The notes: a model not told the origin generated them from the letters alone. 32,000 nt of DNA from Synechocystis sp. PCC 6803 substr. PCC-P (GCF_000284455.1 NC_017039.1:510001-542000); one strand, 5' to 3'; shown: positions 1-10,972, numbered from the stretch's first letter. A program made the numbers and translations.

Positions 1-2
1 CC

Positions 3-2612
3 CCCGATAAAGGCAATGTGGGCACAGCGGCCTATCTGGACGTGTTTGGCTCCATCTATGAAGTGATGAAAGGCCTCCAGGGCAACGGCTACGATGTGCA
101 AGATTTACCCGGTTCCGCCAAGGAATTAATGGAAGCGGTCATCCACGATGCCCAAGCCCAATACAACAGCCCAGAATTAAACATCGCCCATCGCATGTCG
201 GTGGAGCAGTATGAACGCCTGACCCCCTACTCGGTGCGGTTGGAGGAAAATTGGGGCAAACCCCCCGGACATCTGAACAGCGACGGGCAAAATTTACTGA
301 TCTACGGTAAGGAATTCGGTAACGTCTTCATCGGTGTACAACCCACCTTTGGTTACGAAGGGGACCCCATGCGCTTGCTATTCTCCCGTTCCGCCAGTCC
401 CCATCACGGTTTTGCCGCTTACTACACCTATTTGAACCACATTTGGAAAGCCGATGCGGTATTACATTTCGGCACCCACGGTTCTTTGGAATTTATGCCC
501 GGTAAACAGATGGGCATGTCCGGGGAATGCTATCCCGATAATTTGATTGGCACCATTCCCAACTTGTACTACTACGCCGCCAACAATCCTTCTGAAGCTA
601 CCATCGCCAAACGGCGGGGTTATGCGTCCACCATTTCCTACTTGACCCCTCCCGCAGAAAATGCCGGTTTATACAAAGGTTTGCAGGAGTTAAACGAGCT
701 AATTGGCTCCTACCAAACCCTGAAGGATTCCGGCCGGGGCATCCAGATTGTTAATACCATCATGGACCAGGCCCGCATCTGTAACCTTGACCAAGATGTC
801 AATTTGCCCGACATCAACGCCGAGGAAATGGATCAAGGTCAGCGGGATACCATTGTCGGTTCCGTTTACCGCAAGCTGATGGAAATTGAGTCTAGGCTCC
901 TGCCCTGTGGTCTCCATGTCATTGGCCAGCCCCCAAGCGCCGAAGAGGCGATCGCCACCCTGGTAAACATTGCCAGTTTGGACCGGGAAGATGAAGGCAT
1001 TTGGGCTTTGCCTACCCTGATTGCGGAAAGCATCGGGCGCAATATGGAGGAAATTTACCGCAACAGTGACAAGGGGATTTTGGCCGACGTGGAATTGTTG
1101 CAAGACATTACCCTAGCTACCAGGGCTGCTGTGGCCGCTCTGGTACAGGAACAAATTAATGCCGACGGTCGAGTTTCCTTTGTTTCCAAGCTGAACTTCT
1201 TCAAAATTGGCAAAAAAGCTCCCTGGGTCAAATCCCTCTGCGATTCCGGCTACCCCAACGTCAATGAAGAAAAACTCAAACCCCTGTTTGAATACCTGGA
1301 ATTCTGTTTGGAACAGGTTTGTGCCGACAACGAATTTGGTGGCCTACTCCAAGCCCTGGAAGGGGAATACGTCCTGCCCGGCCCTGGTGGCGACCCCATC
1401 CGTAACCCCAATGTGTTGCCCACAGGAAAAAATATCCACGCCCTCGATCCCCAATCCATCCCCACCCTGGCCGCTGTCCAATCCGCCAAAGTAGTGGTCG
1501 ATCGCCTGTTGGAACGGCAACGCGCCGAAAATGGTGGTAATTATCCCGAAACCATTGCTTCTGTGCTCTGGGGTACGGATAACATCAAAACCTACGGCGA
1601 ATCCCTGGCCCAAATTATGTGGATGGTGGGAGCCAAACCCGTCCCCGATGCCCTCGGTCGGGTAAATAAAATCGAACTGGTGCCCCTGGAAGAACTGGGT
1701 CGCCCCCGCATTGACGTGGTGGTGAATTGTTCCGGGGTATTCCGGGATCTGTTTATTAACCAAATGAACCTGTTGGATCAAGCGGTGAAACTAGCCGCCG
1801 AAGCCGATGAACCCCTGGAAATGAACTTCGTTCGTAAGCACGCCCTGGAACAGGCAGAAGAGATGGGCATTGGCGTAAGGGAAGCGGCCACCCGGATTTT
1901 CTCCAACGCCTCCGGTTCCTATTCTTCCAACGTCAACTTAGCGGTAGAAAACAGCAGTTGGGAAGATGAGTCGGAATTGCAGGAAATGTACCTCAAACGC
2001 AAGTCCTTCGCTTTCAACTCCGATAACCCCGGCATGATGGACCAAAATCGGGATATGTTCGAGCGGGCTTTGAAAACCGCCGATGCCACATTCCAGAACT
2101 TGGATTCCTCGGAAATTAGCCTCACCGACGTATCCCACTACTTCGACTCCGACCCCACCAAGTTAATTTCCACCCTGCGGGATGACGGCAAAGCCCCCGC
2201 CGCTTACATTGCCGACACCACCACCGCCAACGCTCAGGTACGTACCCTATCGGAAACGGTGCGCCTTGATGCCCGCACGAAATTGCTCAATCCCAAATGG
2301 TACGAAGGGATGCTTTCCCATGGCTACGAAGGGGTGCGGGAACTATCCAAACGGTTAGTCAATACCATGGGCTGGAGTGCCACTGCCGGCGCAGTGGATA
2401 ACTGGGTTTATGAGGATGCCAACAGCACCTTCATCAAAGATGAGGAAATGTGCAAACGGTTAATGGACTTAAACCCCAACTCTTTCCGCCGCATGGTCAG
2501 CACTTTGTTGGAAGTCAATGGCCGCGGCTATTGGGAGACTTCTGATGAAAACTTGGAACGGCTACAGGAACTTTATCAAGAAGTGGAAGACCGCATTGAA
2601 GGGGTTGAATAA
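3..2612 (+). CDS. chlH: Magnesium chelatase subunit H (ChlH), 3' portion; 5' end lies outside the window
   Basis: Reading frame is open to the left edge ([16 protein letters not shown]...). ChlH/CobN-like motifs include [49 protein letters not shown] and a C-terminal [23 protein letters not shown]. The listed GTG start at 18 is only the first in-window start-like codon. Confidence 0.97.
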   Translation, partial: PDKGNVGTAAYLDVFGSIYEVMKGLQGNGYDVQDLPGSAKELMEAVIHDAQAQYNSPELNIAHRMSVEQYERLTPYSVRLEENWGKPPGHLNSDGQNLLIYGKEFGNVFIGVQPTFGYEGDPMRLLFSRSASPHHGFAAYYTYLNHIWKADAVLHFGTHGSLEFMPGKQMGMSGECYPDNLIGTIPNLYYYAANNPSEATIAKRRGYASTISYLTPPAENAGLYKGLQELNELIGSYQTLKDSGRGIQIVNTIMDQARICNLDQDVNLPDINAEEMDQGQRDTIVGSVYRKLMEIESRLLPCGLHVIGQPPSAEEAIATLVNIASLDREDEGIWALPTLIAESIGRNMEEIYRNSDKGILADVELLQDITLATRAAVAALVQEQINADGRVSFVSKLNFFKIGKKAPWVKSLCDSGYPNVNEEKLKPLFEYLEFCLEQVCADNEFGGLLQALEGEYVLPGPGGDPIRNPNVLPTGKNIHALDPQSIPTLAAVQSAKVVVDRLLERQRAENGGNYPETIASVLWGTDNIKTYGESLAQIMWMVGAKPVPDALGRVNKIELVPLEELGRPRIDVVVNCSGVFRDLFINQMNLLDQAVKLAAEADEPLEMNFVRKHALEQAEEMGIGVREAATRIFSNASGSYSSNVNLAVENSSWEDESELQEMYLKRKSFAFNSDNPGMMDQNRDMFERALKTADATFQNLDSSEISLTDVSHYFDSDPTKLISTLRDDGKAPAAYIADTTTANAQVRTLSETVRLDARTKLLNPKWYEGMLSHGYEGVRELSKRLVNTMGWSATAGAVDNWVYEDANSTFIKDEEMCKRLMDLNPNSFRRMVSTLLEVNGRGYWETSDENLERLQELYQEVEDRIEGVE

Positions 2613-2640
2613 CTTCTAAAATCCTGAACTAAGATATAGG

Positions 2641-2663
2641 GGTGGGCTAGGCTCACCTTTTTT
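2641..2663 (+). terminator. Rho-independent terminator after chlH
   Basis: GGTGGGC-TAG-GCTCACC: 7-bp stem with one G.U wobble and a 3-nt loop, followed by TTTTTT, 29 bp after the chlH stop. Confidence 0.7.
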
Positions 2664-2716
2664 ATTAGCTTAATAGCCTAACTTTAGATTCGTATAGCAA
2701 GTAAGCAGTAATTCAT

Positions 2717-4735
2717 ATGGAATTAAAAAGTGTTAAATTAAACAAATTTAAAAGATTTGAAAGTGCTGAGCTTAAAACTAATGGTAAGCTTATTGCTCTA
2801 ATTGGAGCCAATGAAAGTGGAAAGACATCTATTCTAGAAGCAATACAATGTTTGGATGATGATAAAGCTTTCTCCGACGTGTTTTTTACTCGTGACCTTT
2901 CCGAACCTGAGCAAGATGAAGTCATTATCGAAGCTACATATATGTTAAGTGAAGAGGACAATGAATCAATCCTCTTTTATGATCCATTACGCGTGGCAAA
3001 GAAATTTTTGATTCTGAAAAGAGCTAATGGAAAACGGAATTTTAAAATTGAGCCTGATATTATATTTAATGACCAATATCGAAAAGAAATAATTAATAAA
3101 ACATTACAGTTTATTGAAAATATATTTTATGAAGATCAAGACTTTGATAACGAACTATTAAATAATATAGTTACTGAAGGCAGAGAAATTATTTTGCAAT
3201 TGCAGACGTCTTTAAATGATAAACGAAATAAGGATCGACACAATGGAGAAAAATGGCAAGTTCCACACGAAGTTCCTAACGTACTGGTGATGGAGGATCA
3301 AAAAAAGTTAGAGTTATGGATTGAGCTTATAGAAGAATTTTTGGACTTTAATCAAGGAACAAACAATGAAAAACACTTAAAAGAATTGTCAGACTCAGCA
3401 AAAAAACTATTAAAATATGAGAACTCATCACTGATAAATGGATCAATCGAGATAATTTACAAGCGACGACCTAAAGCATTACTATTTGATGATGAATCCA
3501 GAAAAATCCCGTCTTTTTTCTCAATAATCACACAAAATACAAATAAAGAAAAAATTGTAGCCAAGCCGGATAAAGCACTAGCAAATTTATTGAAATTAGC
3601 CAAGTTAGATTTGAATGAGTTATTTAAATCTCTTGGAAATTTACAGAAATCACAAATGTTGTTGAATCGAGCAAATCAAACAATAGTAGATTTTTTCAAT
3701 AGCAAATGGAGTCAGTCAAATTCTCAATATCTAAAACTTTACTTGCATGGTAACACATTAAGAATCTCTATAGAGACTAATAAAGGTAGTAGTTTTAATA
3801 TAGACGAAAGAAGTCAAGGCTTCAGGCAATTTGTTGCCCTAACTTGTTTTTTAGAAGTTGAGCATTTAGATGTTTTACCAATTCTACTCATAGATGAAGC
3901 AGAGCTACACTTACACTATGATGCTCAGGTTGATTTAATGAAAGTTTTGGAAAAGCAAAGTATTGCAAAAAAGGTAATTTATACGACTCACTCTATTGGT
4001 TGTTTGCCGGAAGATTTAGGAGTAGGGATCAAACTCGTAGAGACTCAAAGAGAACAATTGGAAAGAAGCATAATTGAAAACAATTTTTGGATTAAATGGA
4101 AGAAAAAAGAATTAGGAATGACTCCTATCCTATTTGGTTTGGGTGCTGCACAAATGTCATATATTGCTATTCGTCCTGCCTTATTTGGTGAAGGAATATC
4201 AGAAGTAATCATATTACCAACCATATTCAGGCAAATTATAAAAAAAGAGAATTTAGGATTTCAAATAATTGGTGGTTTATCTGAGACCAATCAGTACGCA
4301 TTACTTGATGGTCAAGCACCTAAAGTTGTTTATGTAACTGATTATGATAGAGCAGGTGATGAATTCAAAAAAAAGTTAGAAGAGAATGGCATAAATCCAG
4401 AATTTATCAAGCAACTACCAGGAGATGACAACGCATCAGTTTTAGAAGATTTTATTTGTCTTGATCTTTATATTCGTGCAGTTAATGAAGAGTTAAATCA
4501 ACGGAACAAAAATCCACCAAATATTAAATCTGATGATTTTGGAGAAATTAATCGTCCAAAAAATCTAAAGAAATGGTGTCAATTAAAAGGTCTTAGTGAA
4601 CCAACAAAAGTCAATGTACTTTATCGCTTAATAGACTATGCTTATAGTGATGAGCAATCCCAAATTCTTGATTTTAAATATATCGAAAAATTTAAAGAAC
4701 TTTATGAATCAATCATAACAATACTGGAAAGATAA
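2717..4735 (+). CDS. OLD-family (overcoming lysogenization defect) ATP-dependent nuclease: SMC/AAA ATPase plus TOPRIM domain
   Basis: 672 aa. Walker A LIGANESGKTSILEAI (about nt 2804-2827); ABC-signature-like ERSQGFRQFVALTCF; Walker B LPILLIDEAELHLH; H-loop-like VIYTTHSIG; C-terminal TOPRIM-like GEGISEVIILP ... VVYVTDYDRAGDEF (acidic plus DxD). Clearly AT-rich. Confidence 0.88.
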   Translation: MELKSVKLNKFKRFESAELKTNGKLIALIGANESGKTSILEAIQCLDDDKAFSDVFFTRDLSEPEQDEVIIEATYMLSEEDNESILFYDPLRVAKKFLILKRANGKRNFKIEPDIIFNDQYRKEIINKTLQFIENIFYEDQDFDNELLNNIVTEGREIILQLQTSLNDKRNKDRHNGEKWQVPHEVPNVLVMEDQKKLELWIELIEEFLDFNQGTNNEKHLKELSDSAKKLLKYENSSLINGSIEIIYKRRPKALLFDDESRKIPSFFSIITQNTNKEKIVAKPDKALANLLKLAKLDLNELFKSLGNLQKSQMLLNRANQTIVDFFNSKWSQSNSQYLKLYLHGNTLRISIETNKGSSFNIDERSQGFRQFVALTCFLEVEHLDVLPILLIDEAELHLHYDAQVDLMKVLEKQSIAKKVIYTTHSIGCLPEDLGVGIKLVETQREQLERSIIENNFWIKWKKKELGMTPILFGLGAAQMSYIAIRPALFGEGISEVIILPTIFRQIIKKENLGFQIIGGLSETNQYALLDGQAPKVVYVTDYDRAGDEFKKKLEENGINPEFIKQLPGDDNASVLEDFICLDLYIRAVNEELNQRNKNPPNIKSDDFGEINRPKNLKKWCQLKGLSEPTKVNVLYRLIDYAYSDEQSQILDFKYIEKFKELYESIITILER

Positions 4736-4948
4736 TCATATGTATGTATCTCTTCCACTTAATCAAGTATTAAATTTTAAATATCGGACTTTTATTATTC
4801 AAGAAGAAAGATGATTTACAGCACTGATCCCTGGCTTACCCAGTTGTATGACTCAGGGAGAAATGATAGAAGAAAATGAATATAAACAGTCATTGTCAAA
4901 GGCGATCGCCAAATCAACGAGAAAAAGTGATTAAAAGAAGTTATTCTT

Positions 4949-6046
4949 TTATCGTTCCCGAGGGAGAAAATTACGCCAGTGGGGAGGGAGTAGATCGTCA
5001 AAATAAGCTTCCACTAACCGGTAATGTTTTTGGTAAAGTACACCAACAGCAATAATGGCCAAACCGATGGCTGACAGTGCAAAGGGGAACAAAATGGAAT
5101 CGGCAAAGACTTGGAAGGCTAAATAACTGATGTAGCCGAATACCCCAATGACACCAAACACCATAAATAGTCGTCGTTTGAGCAAAATTGATAGGGCCAT
5201 CAGACCTAAATTAATCAGGCAAAAAAACAGTCGGTACCATTCCGTATCCTGCCCTGTGGCCAAGAGACTAAACCAAAAACTAATCAGTCCAAACAGGTAG
5301 AGCCAAAAGCTGTAATCCCCCCGACTGCGCCGCCAGCGCAAATCCACCCCATAGGCGATCGCCAAACAAATAATGCCAAAACCCAGGGTCAGGCGGGCCG
5401 CAGTAATGAAACTGACCGTCTCTCCGTAAATGAGCGGGGGAATATCAATGGAAAGGAACCAGAGGCAGAAGGCAAGGGGGAAGGTGAGGAAAGGAAAGTG
5501 AATAAAGCGCAAAGCCAATAAACTGGCAATAATCGTACCCATGGCCAGGGGGAAACGGCCGCTGATTAACCAGGTGGGTAAATTACGGTACACGGAAGGA
5601 TCTTCAAGGGAAATTAACCCAAAACCCTGTTGCAGTCCGTAAATGGCCAAGGGGGTCATCCAAACAGCAATGGTAATCAATAGGCCGCCGGGCACAGGCA
5701 ATTTTTGCTGAAAATAAAGCCATTGGCCCACTATGATCAGACCCAGTGCATATACCACTGCCACAGTGAATAGACCAAATCCCCCCAGGGCATCCCAAAC
5801 AATGCTACCGAGGAAAACCATGGCCACAATCACAATCAGGGCACCAAAGTAAAAAGCAACGTTGGCAAAGTCGAATCGCAACGGCGGGGAATCACTATTT
5901 TCCCTGGCCCCTTCCATGGCAGGAAAGTCCTTATGTTCTATCCAGGCTTGCCATAATTGTTCGGCTTGCTCTGCGGACAAATAACCCTGTTCTACCGCCC
6001 AGGCTAGGTCTGTTTCGGTAATGTCCATGCCCAAATTTTCCTCCAT
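4949..6046 (-). CDS. Predicted multi-pass membrane protein, DUF2157-like
   Basis: 365 aa. Short soluble N-terminus (DLAWAVEQGYLSAEQAEQLWQ) followed by many hydrophobic segments. Confidence 0.7.
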   Translation of the reverse strand: MEENLGMDITETDLAWAVEQGYLSAEQAEQLWQAWIEHKDFPAMEGARENSDSPPLRFDFANVAFYFGALIVIVAMVFLGSIVWDALGGFGLFTVAVVYALGLIIVGQWLYFQQKLPVPGGLLITIAVWMTPLAIYGLQQGFGLISLEDPSVYRNLPTWLISGRFPLAMGTIIASLLALRFIHFPFLTFPLAFCLWFLSIDIPPLIYGETVSFITAARLTLGFGIICLAIAYGVDLRWRRSRGDYSFWLYLFGLISFWFSLLATGQDTEWYRLFFCLINLGLMALSILLKRRLFMVFGVIGVFGYISYLAFQVFADSILFPFALSAIGLAIIAVGVLYQKHYRLVEAYFDDLLPPHWRNFLPRER

Positions 6047-6189
6047 TGCTCGCCACTGACCTTTTACCGTATCAGGCGATCGCCAGGGATAGGGGATGAC
6101 AACGGGGCAATTCTGGAATTGGAAGAAATTAACGGCGACAATCTGTCTGGGGATGAACCAGAAAATCTAACTAGGATTAGCGGGAGAAC

Positions 6190-6999
6190 TTATTGGTTAA
6201 GTTGCTTTTTGGCCTGCTGCCATAGGGTTTCCAACTCTTCTAATTTGTACTGATCCAACGGGCGATCGGCAAATTTTTCCATCAATTGTAGCCGCTGAAT
6301 AAATCTTTGATTGGTGCCATGGAGAGCCAAGGAAGCGTCGAGATTGTACCAACGGGCCAGGTTGATGAGGGTGAATAATAAATCCCCTAATTCTGCCTGT
6401 TGATGGCCCTTATCCTCCGTGGTCAAAGCCTGTTTAAATTCGGTTAACTCCTCTGTAAACTTAGCCCATACGCCGTCAACATCTGGCCATTCAAAGCCCA
6501 CCGCCGCTGCCTTTTGAGAAATTTTACTACCGGCCATCAGGGGGGGCAACGTACTGTTATAGCGTTCTAATTTGATGCTTAAAAGTGGTGTTTGGTCGGG
6601 GTTTAAACCCTTTTCCTGTGCCTTAATCGTCTGCCAATTGGCTTTCACTTCCTCTGCATCGCTGACTGTTACCTCAGCAAAAACGTGGGGATGGCGACGG
6701 ATAAGTTTGGCGGTAATGCCCTCTGCCACCTGTTGCAAATTGAAGTGTCCTAAATCCTGGGCCACTTGGGCTTGGAGTACCACCTGGAGCAATAAATCCC
6801 CCAATTCCTCGGCGATCGCCGTTTGGTCTTGGCTTTGTAGGGCGTGGACCACTTCGTAGGCTTCTTCCACCACGTAGGGAATTAAACTTTGTTGGGTTTG
6901 GGCTAAATCCCAAGGGCATCCCCCCTTTGGCGATCGCAGTTGGGCCACTACGGCAATTAATTTTTCTAGGGCTTGGAGAATGGGGGCAGTGGCATCCAT
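6190..6999 (-). CDS. mazG: Nucleoside triphosphate pyrophosphohydrolase MazG
   Basis: 269 aa with LRSPKGGCPWDLAQTQQSLIPYVVEEAYEVVHAL and ELGDLLLQVVLQAQ; second MazG-like half FEWPDVDGVWAKFTEELTEF ... ELGDLLFTLINLARW. Confidence 0.93.
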   Translation of the reverse strand: MDATAPILQALEKLIAVVAQLRSPKGGCPWDLAQTQQSLIPYVVEEAYEVVHALQSQDQTAIAEELGDLLLQVVLQAQVAQDLGHFNLQQVAEGITAKLIRRHPHVFAEVTVSDAEEVKANWQTIKAQEKGLNPDQTPLLSIKLERYNSTLPPLMAGSKISQKAAAVGFEWPDVDGVWAKFTEELTEFKQALTTEDKGHQQAELGDLLFTLINLARWYNLDASLALHGTNQRFIQRLQLMEKFADRPLDQYKLEELETLWQQAKKQLNQ

Positions 7000-7128
7000 A
7001 AAAATCAGCAGTTAATCTAACCAATACAACGGGGAATCAGGGGGTAATTTTTGACCGGGCCAAAACTCTCAGATGGGTTAGCAAAGTTTCAGGCCAGGCT
7101 AATTTTCCCCAACTAAGTTAAGCAATCT

Positions 7129-8313
7129 TTAGGAAGCACCGGGGTAAATTCGCCCCCGCCATTGTTTGGGGGTTTGGGAAGCGGAAATGATAATCCGGGT
7201 CACCGCCAACGGATCCGCCAGGGGAGAAAGCCAATAACTCCAGGCTCCTTTTTCTGAAGGTCGGTAATAGGAAGGATAAATGGCCAACAGCATCCCCCAA
7301 CGAACTAAAAGCAAAAAACCATTCAGGGCGATCGCCAAGCGGAGGGTTAAAAAGTCAAAGTCTTCCCCCCAAAGCATCAACAACAGGGAAAAAAACAAAA
7401 TTGGTAAGCCTTGCACCAATAGCAGAAAAATTACCTCTGCCCATAACCGGGCCGGCACCGTTGCATCCTTGAGATCCAGGGAACGGCCCCATTCTCGCCA
7501 GGTTTCGCCAATGCCTTCGTACATTCTCACCCGGATCAAGTTAGCGCCATCCAAAAAGCCCACTCGATAACCCCGTTGGGCCGCCACCCTCGCTAAGGTC
7601 ACATCATCACAAAAAGAACGAGCCGCCAGTTCATAGCCCCCCAAGGCTTCCAACACCAATCGCCGACAGAGAAAACATTGACCATTGGCCATCACCGTTT
7701 CCGGAGCCTGTTCCCTCACCCCAGCGGACTCAAAACGGTATAGCAACGTCATCAGCAAAGCCGGTTGCAGCCACCATTCCCCAGGCGATTGCAAAATAAA
7801 TTGGGGCGATAGGGAAAGAATGTCGTAATTTTCTTCCTCCGCCGCCTGCACGACACTGGCCACTAGCCCCGGTTGGGGTTGGGTATCGGCATCAATGCCC
7901 AAAATCCATTCGCTGGCGGGATCACTGTGCCTAAAGCCATAATTGAGCGCCCAGGGCCGCCCCACCCAGTTATCTGGTAAAGGATCATCGGTCAGCAGTT
8001 GCAAACGGGGATTATCTTTTTGCCTTGCTTGCACCACTGCCTGGGTGCCATCGGTGGAACGACTATCCACCACCAAAATTTCCCTTAATGGTGGCCCCTG
8101 TTGGGCTAAACCAAGCAAACAAGGAGTTACCCGGGCTGCTTCATTTAAAGTTGGCACCACCACGGACACATTGCGAACCCCTTCTTCCGGCAAAAATACC
8201 GGTGCCAATGGCGATCGCCGCCGTGCTCCTTTGACCAAACGGCTGAGCAAAATTAAACTAGCTACCCCCTGGGCCACTAACAACCCCAAGCAGAGTATGG
8301 CAATGATCAGCAT
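7129..8313 (-). CDS. Family 2 glycosyltransferase, possibly a CruG-type carotenoid glycosyltransferase
   Basis: 394 aa with VSVVVPTLNEAARV, REILVVDSRSTDGT, WVLGIDADTQPQPG and FCDDVTLARVAAQRGYRVGFLDG, plus C-terminal membrane segments. The CruG assignment is from recalled family knowledge only. Confidence 0.85.
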   Translation of the reverse strand: MLIIAILCLGLLVAQGVASLILLSRLVKGARRRSPLAPVFLPEEGVRNVSVVVPTLNEAARVTPCLLGLAQQGPPLREILVVDSRSTDGTQAVVQARQKDNPRLQLLTDDPLPDNWVGRPWALNYGFRHSDPASEWILGIDADTQPQPGLVASVVQAAEEENYDILSLSPQFILQSPGEWWLQPALLMTLLYRFESAGVREQAPETVMANGQCFLCRRLVLEALGGYELAARSFCDDVTLARVAAQRGYRVGFLDGANLIRVRMYEGIGETWREWGRSLDLKDATVPARLWAEVIFLLLVQGLPILFFSLLLMLWGEDFDFLTLRLAIALNGFLLLVRWGMLLAIYPSYYRPSEKGAWSYWLSPLADPLAVTRIIISASQTPKQWRGRIYPGAS

Positions 8314-8388
8314 TATTTCTGTTTTTAATATGGATGAAGGGGAATTGCCTGCAACAACGGGCCGGAGGAGTCAACGCCAAAGTAGTGA

Positions 8389-10389
8389 TTATAGTTGTTT
8401 AGGAATGACCAAAGATACCGTTGTGCCCTGTCCTAGCTCACTTTTGATCTCGATTCTGCCCCCATAAAAGGTTATCAACTTTCTGGCGATCGTCAAACCA
8501 ATACCAATGCCGGCAATATGGCCCACGTTGGACCCCCGCTGAAATGGCTCAAAAATTTTCTCTAACTCTGTCTCCGGAATACCTATGCCATAATCTTGAA
8601 TTTCAAAGATTATTTCTTCGGGAGATTCCAACAGCAGTAAATCAATAGTAAGAATAGTAGGGGAATATTTAATGCCATTGGCTAGTAAATGGGTCAAAAC
8701 CGGTTTCAATAAAACAGGATCGAATTTGACTGCCAACCGGGTCTTAGAACTTAAACAGGCACAAAAATTAATTTTATAGGGATAACTAAGATATTCAGTT
8801 TTATCAATTATATCCTGGCAAAAATCAATTAAACTACCCTTAACCAACACTGGTTCGATTTCTTCTTGGTTAAGATTAATAGTAATAATATCGCCAATTA
8901 ATTCATCAATTTGCTTCGCTCCCCTAAGAATTGACTCTATATATTGAACTCGTTTTTCATCGGTTAGTTTTGCTTCAAATTTTCCCATAATTGAAGCCGC
9001 ACAGGAAATGGTCGTTAAGGGGGTGCGAAATTGATGGGAAATGGCCGTAATAAATTCGGAACGCAATTGATTCAGCTCTTTTTCCCGCTGTAACGCCAAG
9101 GAGGTGCTCCTTTCCATGGCTTTGCGATCGCCAATGTCTTGAACCATCACCACACAAAAATCAAGACTGCCATCTAGCCTACGATGGGCTTGTACCCCAA
9201 GATTTACATAAATATTATGGCCATCTTTGTGGATATAACGTTTATCAATTTCATAACCATCTATTTCACCATCCAATAGGCGTTGATAATTACTTAGATC
9301 TAGCTCTAGGTCATCGGGATGGGTAATTTCTGCCCAGGTTTTTATTCGCAACTCTTCAGGGGAATAGCCCACTATTTGGCAAAGCTTTGGATTAACATTA
9401 ATCCATGTTTTATCAGTGGATACTATGGCTAAACCAATGATGGATTGATCAAAATAAAGTCTTAGTAATTGTTGTTGCTCATAAACTTCCTTCGTTCTCA
9501 GTTTAACCCTCTCTTCTAGTTCCTGATTAATCTGCCTAATTTCATCCCTAGATTTAGTAATTTCTTGTTCATATTTGACTCGTTTACTAATATCTTTAAC
9601 ATGGGAAATAAAATATAATGGCTCTCCATTAATTCCCCGCACTAAAGAAGTAGAAACTTCACCATAAATAATATGACCTTGACGATGAATATATCTTTTT
9701 TCTAGGGTGGCGTGGTCTTGATGTTCAGTAATGGCGTTTTGTATAAATGTGGGGCTAACTTGCTTATCCTCTGGTACTGCTAAGTCGTTAACTGTCATCT
9801 TTTCTAACTCTTGACGACTGTAGCCGAATATTTTTCCCATTTTGTCATTAACTTTGATCAAATGACCCTCTAAATCCACCATACACATACCAACATTGGC
9901 ATTCTCAAATGCGAGGCGAAATTTTTGCTCACTTTGTTGCAAATGATGATTTGATTCGATTAATTGTTGTTCAGTCTGTTTTTCCGACGTAATATCCAGC
10001 ACTACCCCAAACCAAGCCGTATCTTGATTAGCCAATTTTTCTGGTTGAGACTTGGTACGCAGCCACTTTAATTTCCCCGATGGGGTAATAATGCGCCATT
10101 CCAAACATAATGGCTCCAGGGTGGCTCGACTGTGGGCTAGGGCCTGCCTTTGCAAGATTTGGTCATCGGGGTGAATTTGTTTGAGTAAAATTTCAGCATC
10201 AGCCAACACAGCGGCCGCAGTTACTTCATGGAGAAGTTCAATTTGCGGACTAATATAGGTAAAAGCAATGGAATCATCGCTATGCTGGACAAATCGGTAC
10301 AGCCAGCCGGGAATTACACCTTCTAGTTTCTGCAAAAATCTTTCTGGTTCAGAACCGAGCAAGAAAACAGACATAGCCTTAACGCCCAA
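8389..10389 (-). CDS. PAS-domain sensor histidine kinase (probably Hik13-like)
   Basis: 666 aa. At least three PAS-like segments (YISPQIELLHEV..., FENANVGMCMVDLEGHLIKVN..., FDQSIIGLAIVSTDKTWINVN...), HisKA FITAISHQFRTPLTTI, HATPase IQDYGIGIPETELEKIFEPFQRG ... GIGIGLTIARKLI. An alternative start MSVFLLGSE lies at about 10374. Confidence 0.92.
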   Translation of the reverse strand: MGVKAMSVFLLGSEPERFLQKLEGVIPGWLYRFVQHSDDSIAFTYISPQIELLHEVTAAAVLADAEILLKQIHPDDQILQRQALAHSRATLEPLCLEWRIITPSGKLKWLRTKSQPEKLANQDTAWFGVVLDITSEKQTEQQLIESNHHLQQSEQKFRLAFENANVGMCMVDLEGHLIKVNDKMGKIFGYSRQELEKMTVNDLAVPEDKQVSPTFIQNAITEHQDHATLEKRYIHRQGHIIYGEVSTSLVRGINGEPLYFISHVKDISKRVKYEQEITKSRDEIRQINQELEERVKLRTKEVYEQQQLLRLYFDQSIIGLAIVSTDKTWINVNPKLCQIVGYSPEELRIKTWAEITHPDDLELDLSNYQRLLDGEIDGYEIDKRYIHKDGHNIYVNLGVQAHRRLDGSLDFCVVMVQDIGDRKAMERSTSLALQREKELNQLRSEFITAISHQFRTPLTTISCAASIMGKFEAKLTDEKRVQYIESILRGAKQIDELIGDIITINLNQEEIEPVLVKGSLIDFCQDIIDKTEYLSYPYKINFCACLSSKTRLAVKFDPVLLKPVLTHLLANGIKYSPTILTIDLLLLESPEEIIFEIQDYGIGIPETELEKIFEPFQRGSNVGHIAGIGIGLTIARKLITFYGGRIEIKSELGQGTTVSLVIPKQL

Positions 10390-10783
10390 ATTTGAGACAG
10401 AGTTTGCAAAGCGCAGAAATAGTTTTCTCCGGGGTAGTAAAAATAACTTTAGGGCTAGTTAGGGCAAATTCCGAGTCAGCTTCATGCGCACAAAACAGTT
10501 GCTATGCTTATTTTGTAAGAATTTTTCTGTCCTACTCAGATACCGCAACCGCTGGAATAGGTTTTTAAATCATACTCCTAAAAAACTGGATTTTTCAGAC
10601 AAAAAAGTTTCGATGCCTGAATCGTGTTCTTACTTGAGTATAATTTTTGGGCAAAAATTAAAGCCAAATACTTTTTCCTGATTCATAAAACTTTATCTTT
10701 CACGGCCTACTATCTCCAATGACTTACTATATCGCAACTTTGATAACTTTGCACCCTGGCTAGCCACCACCAATTTTTGTGGA

Positions 10784-10969
10784 TTATCCAAACTTCTCTA
10801 AATACACTTCTAGGTCGGCCGTCTCGGTGAAATCCAATAGTGCTTCCCCCAAATCCTCTAACTCGGCGATCGATAGTTTCTGAACTTGTTGCACTTGAAC
10901 TGCGGGCAATCCACCTAAGCGACGGTTTAACAGACGCAACACTAGGATTAAGGCTTCACTTTGACGACC
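10784..10969 (-). pseudogene. C-terminal fragment of a DUF4351 / Rpn-family (PD-(D/E)XK transposase/nuclease-like) protein
   Basis: Manual reverse-strand translation gives GRQSEALILVLRLLNRRLGGLPAVQVQQVQKLSIAELEDLGEALLDFTETADLEVYLEKFG*, the typical DUF4351 C-terminus. It begins directly at the IS boundary with no upstream gene body. Confidence 0.75.
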
Positions 10970-10972
10970 TTA

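Noticed and set aside
699-1103. Antisense ORFs within chlH (also 1250..1489, 1344..1781, 1938..2138)
   Set aside because: These are stop-poor shadow ORFs opposite a highly conserved gene, without recognisable domains.
2717-4735. Complete Gabija, PARIS or retron system
   Set aside because: Only the OLD-like ATPase/TOPRIM gene is present. The neighbours are chlH and a membrane protein, with no UvrD helicase, AriB-like partner or reverse transcriptase in the window.
4738-4948. Small RNA or mobile element remnant downstream of the OLD gene
   Set aside because: It is AT-rich intergenic DNA without a convincing hairpin, terminal repeats or duplication, and ORF 4816..5001 has no support.
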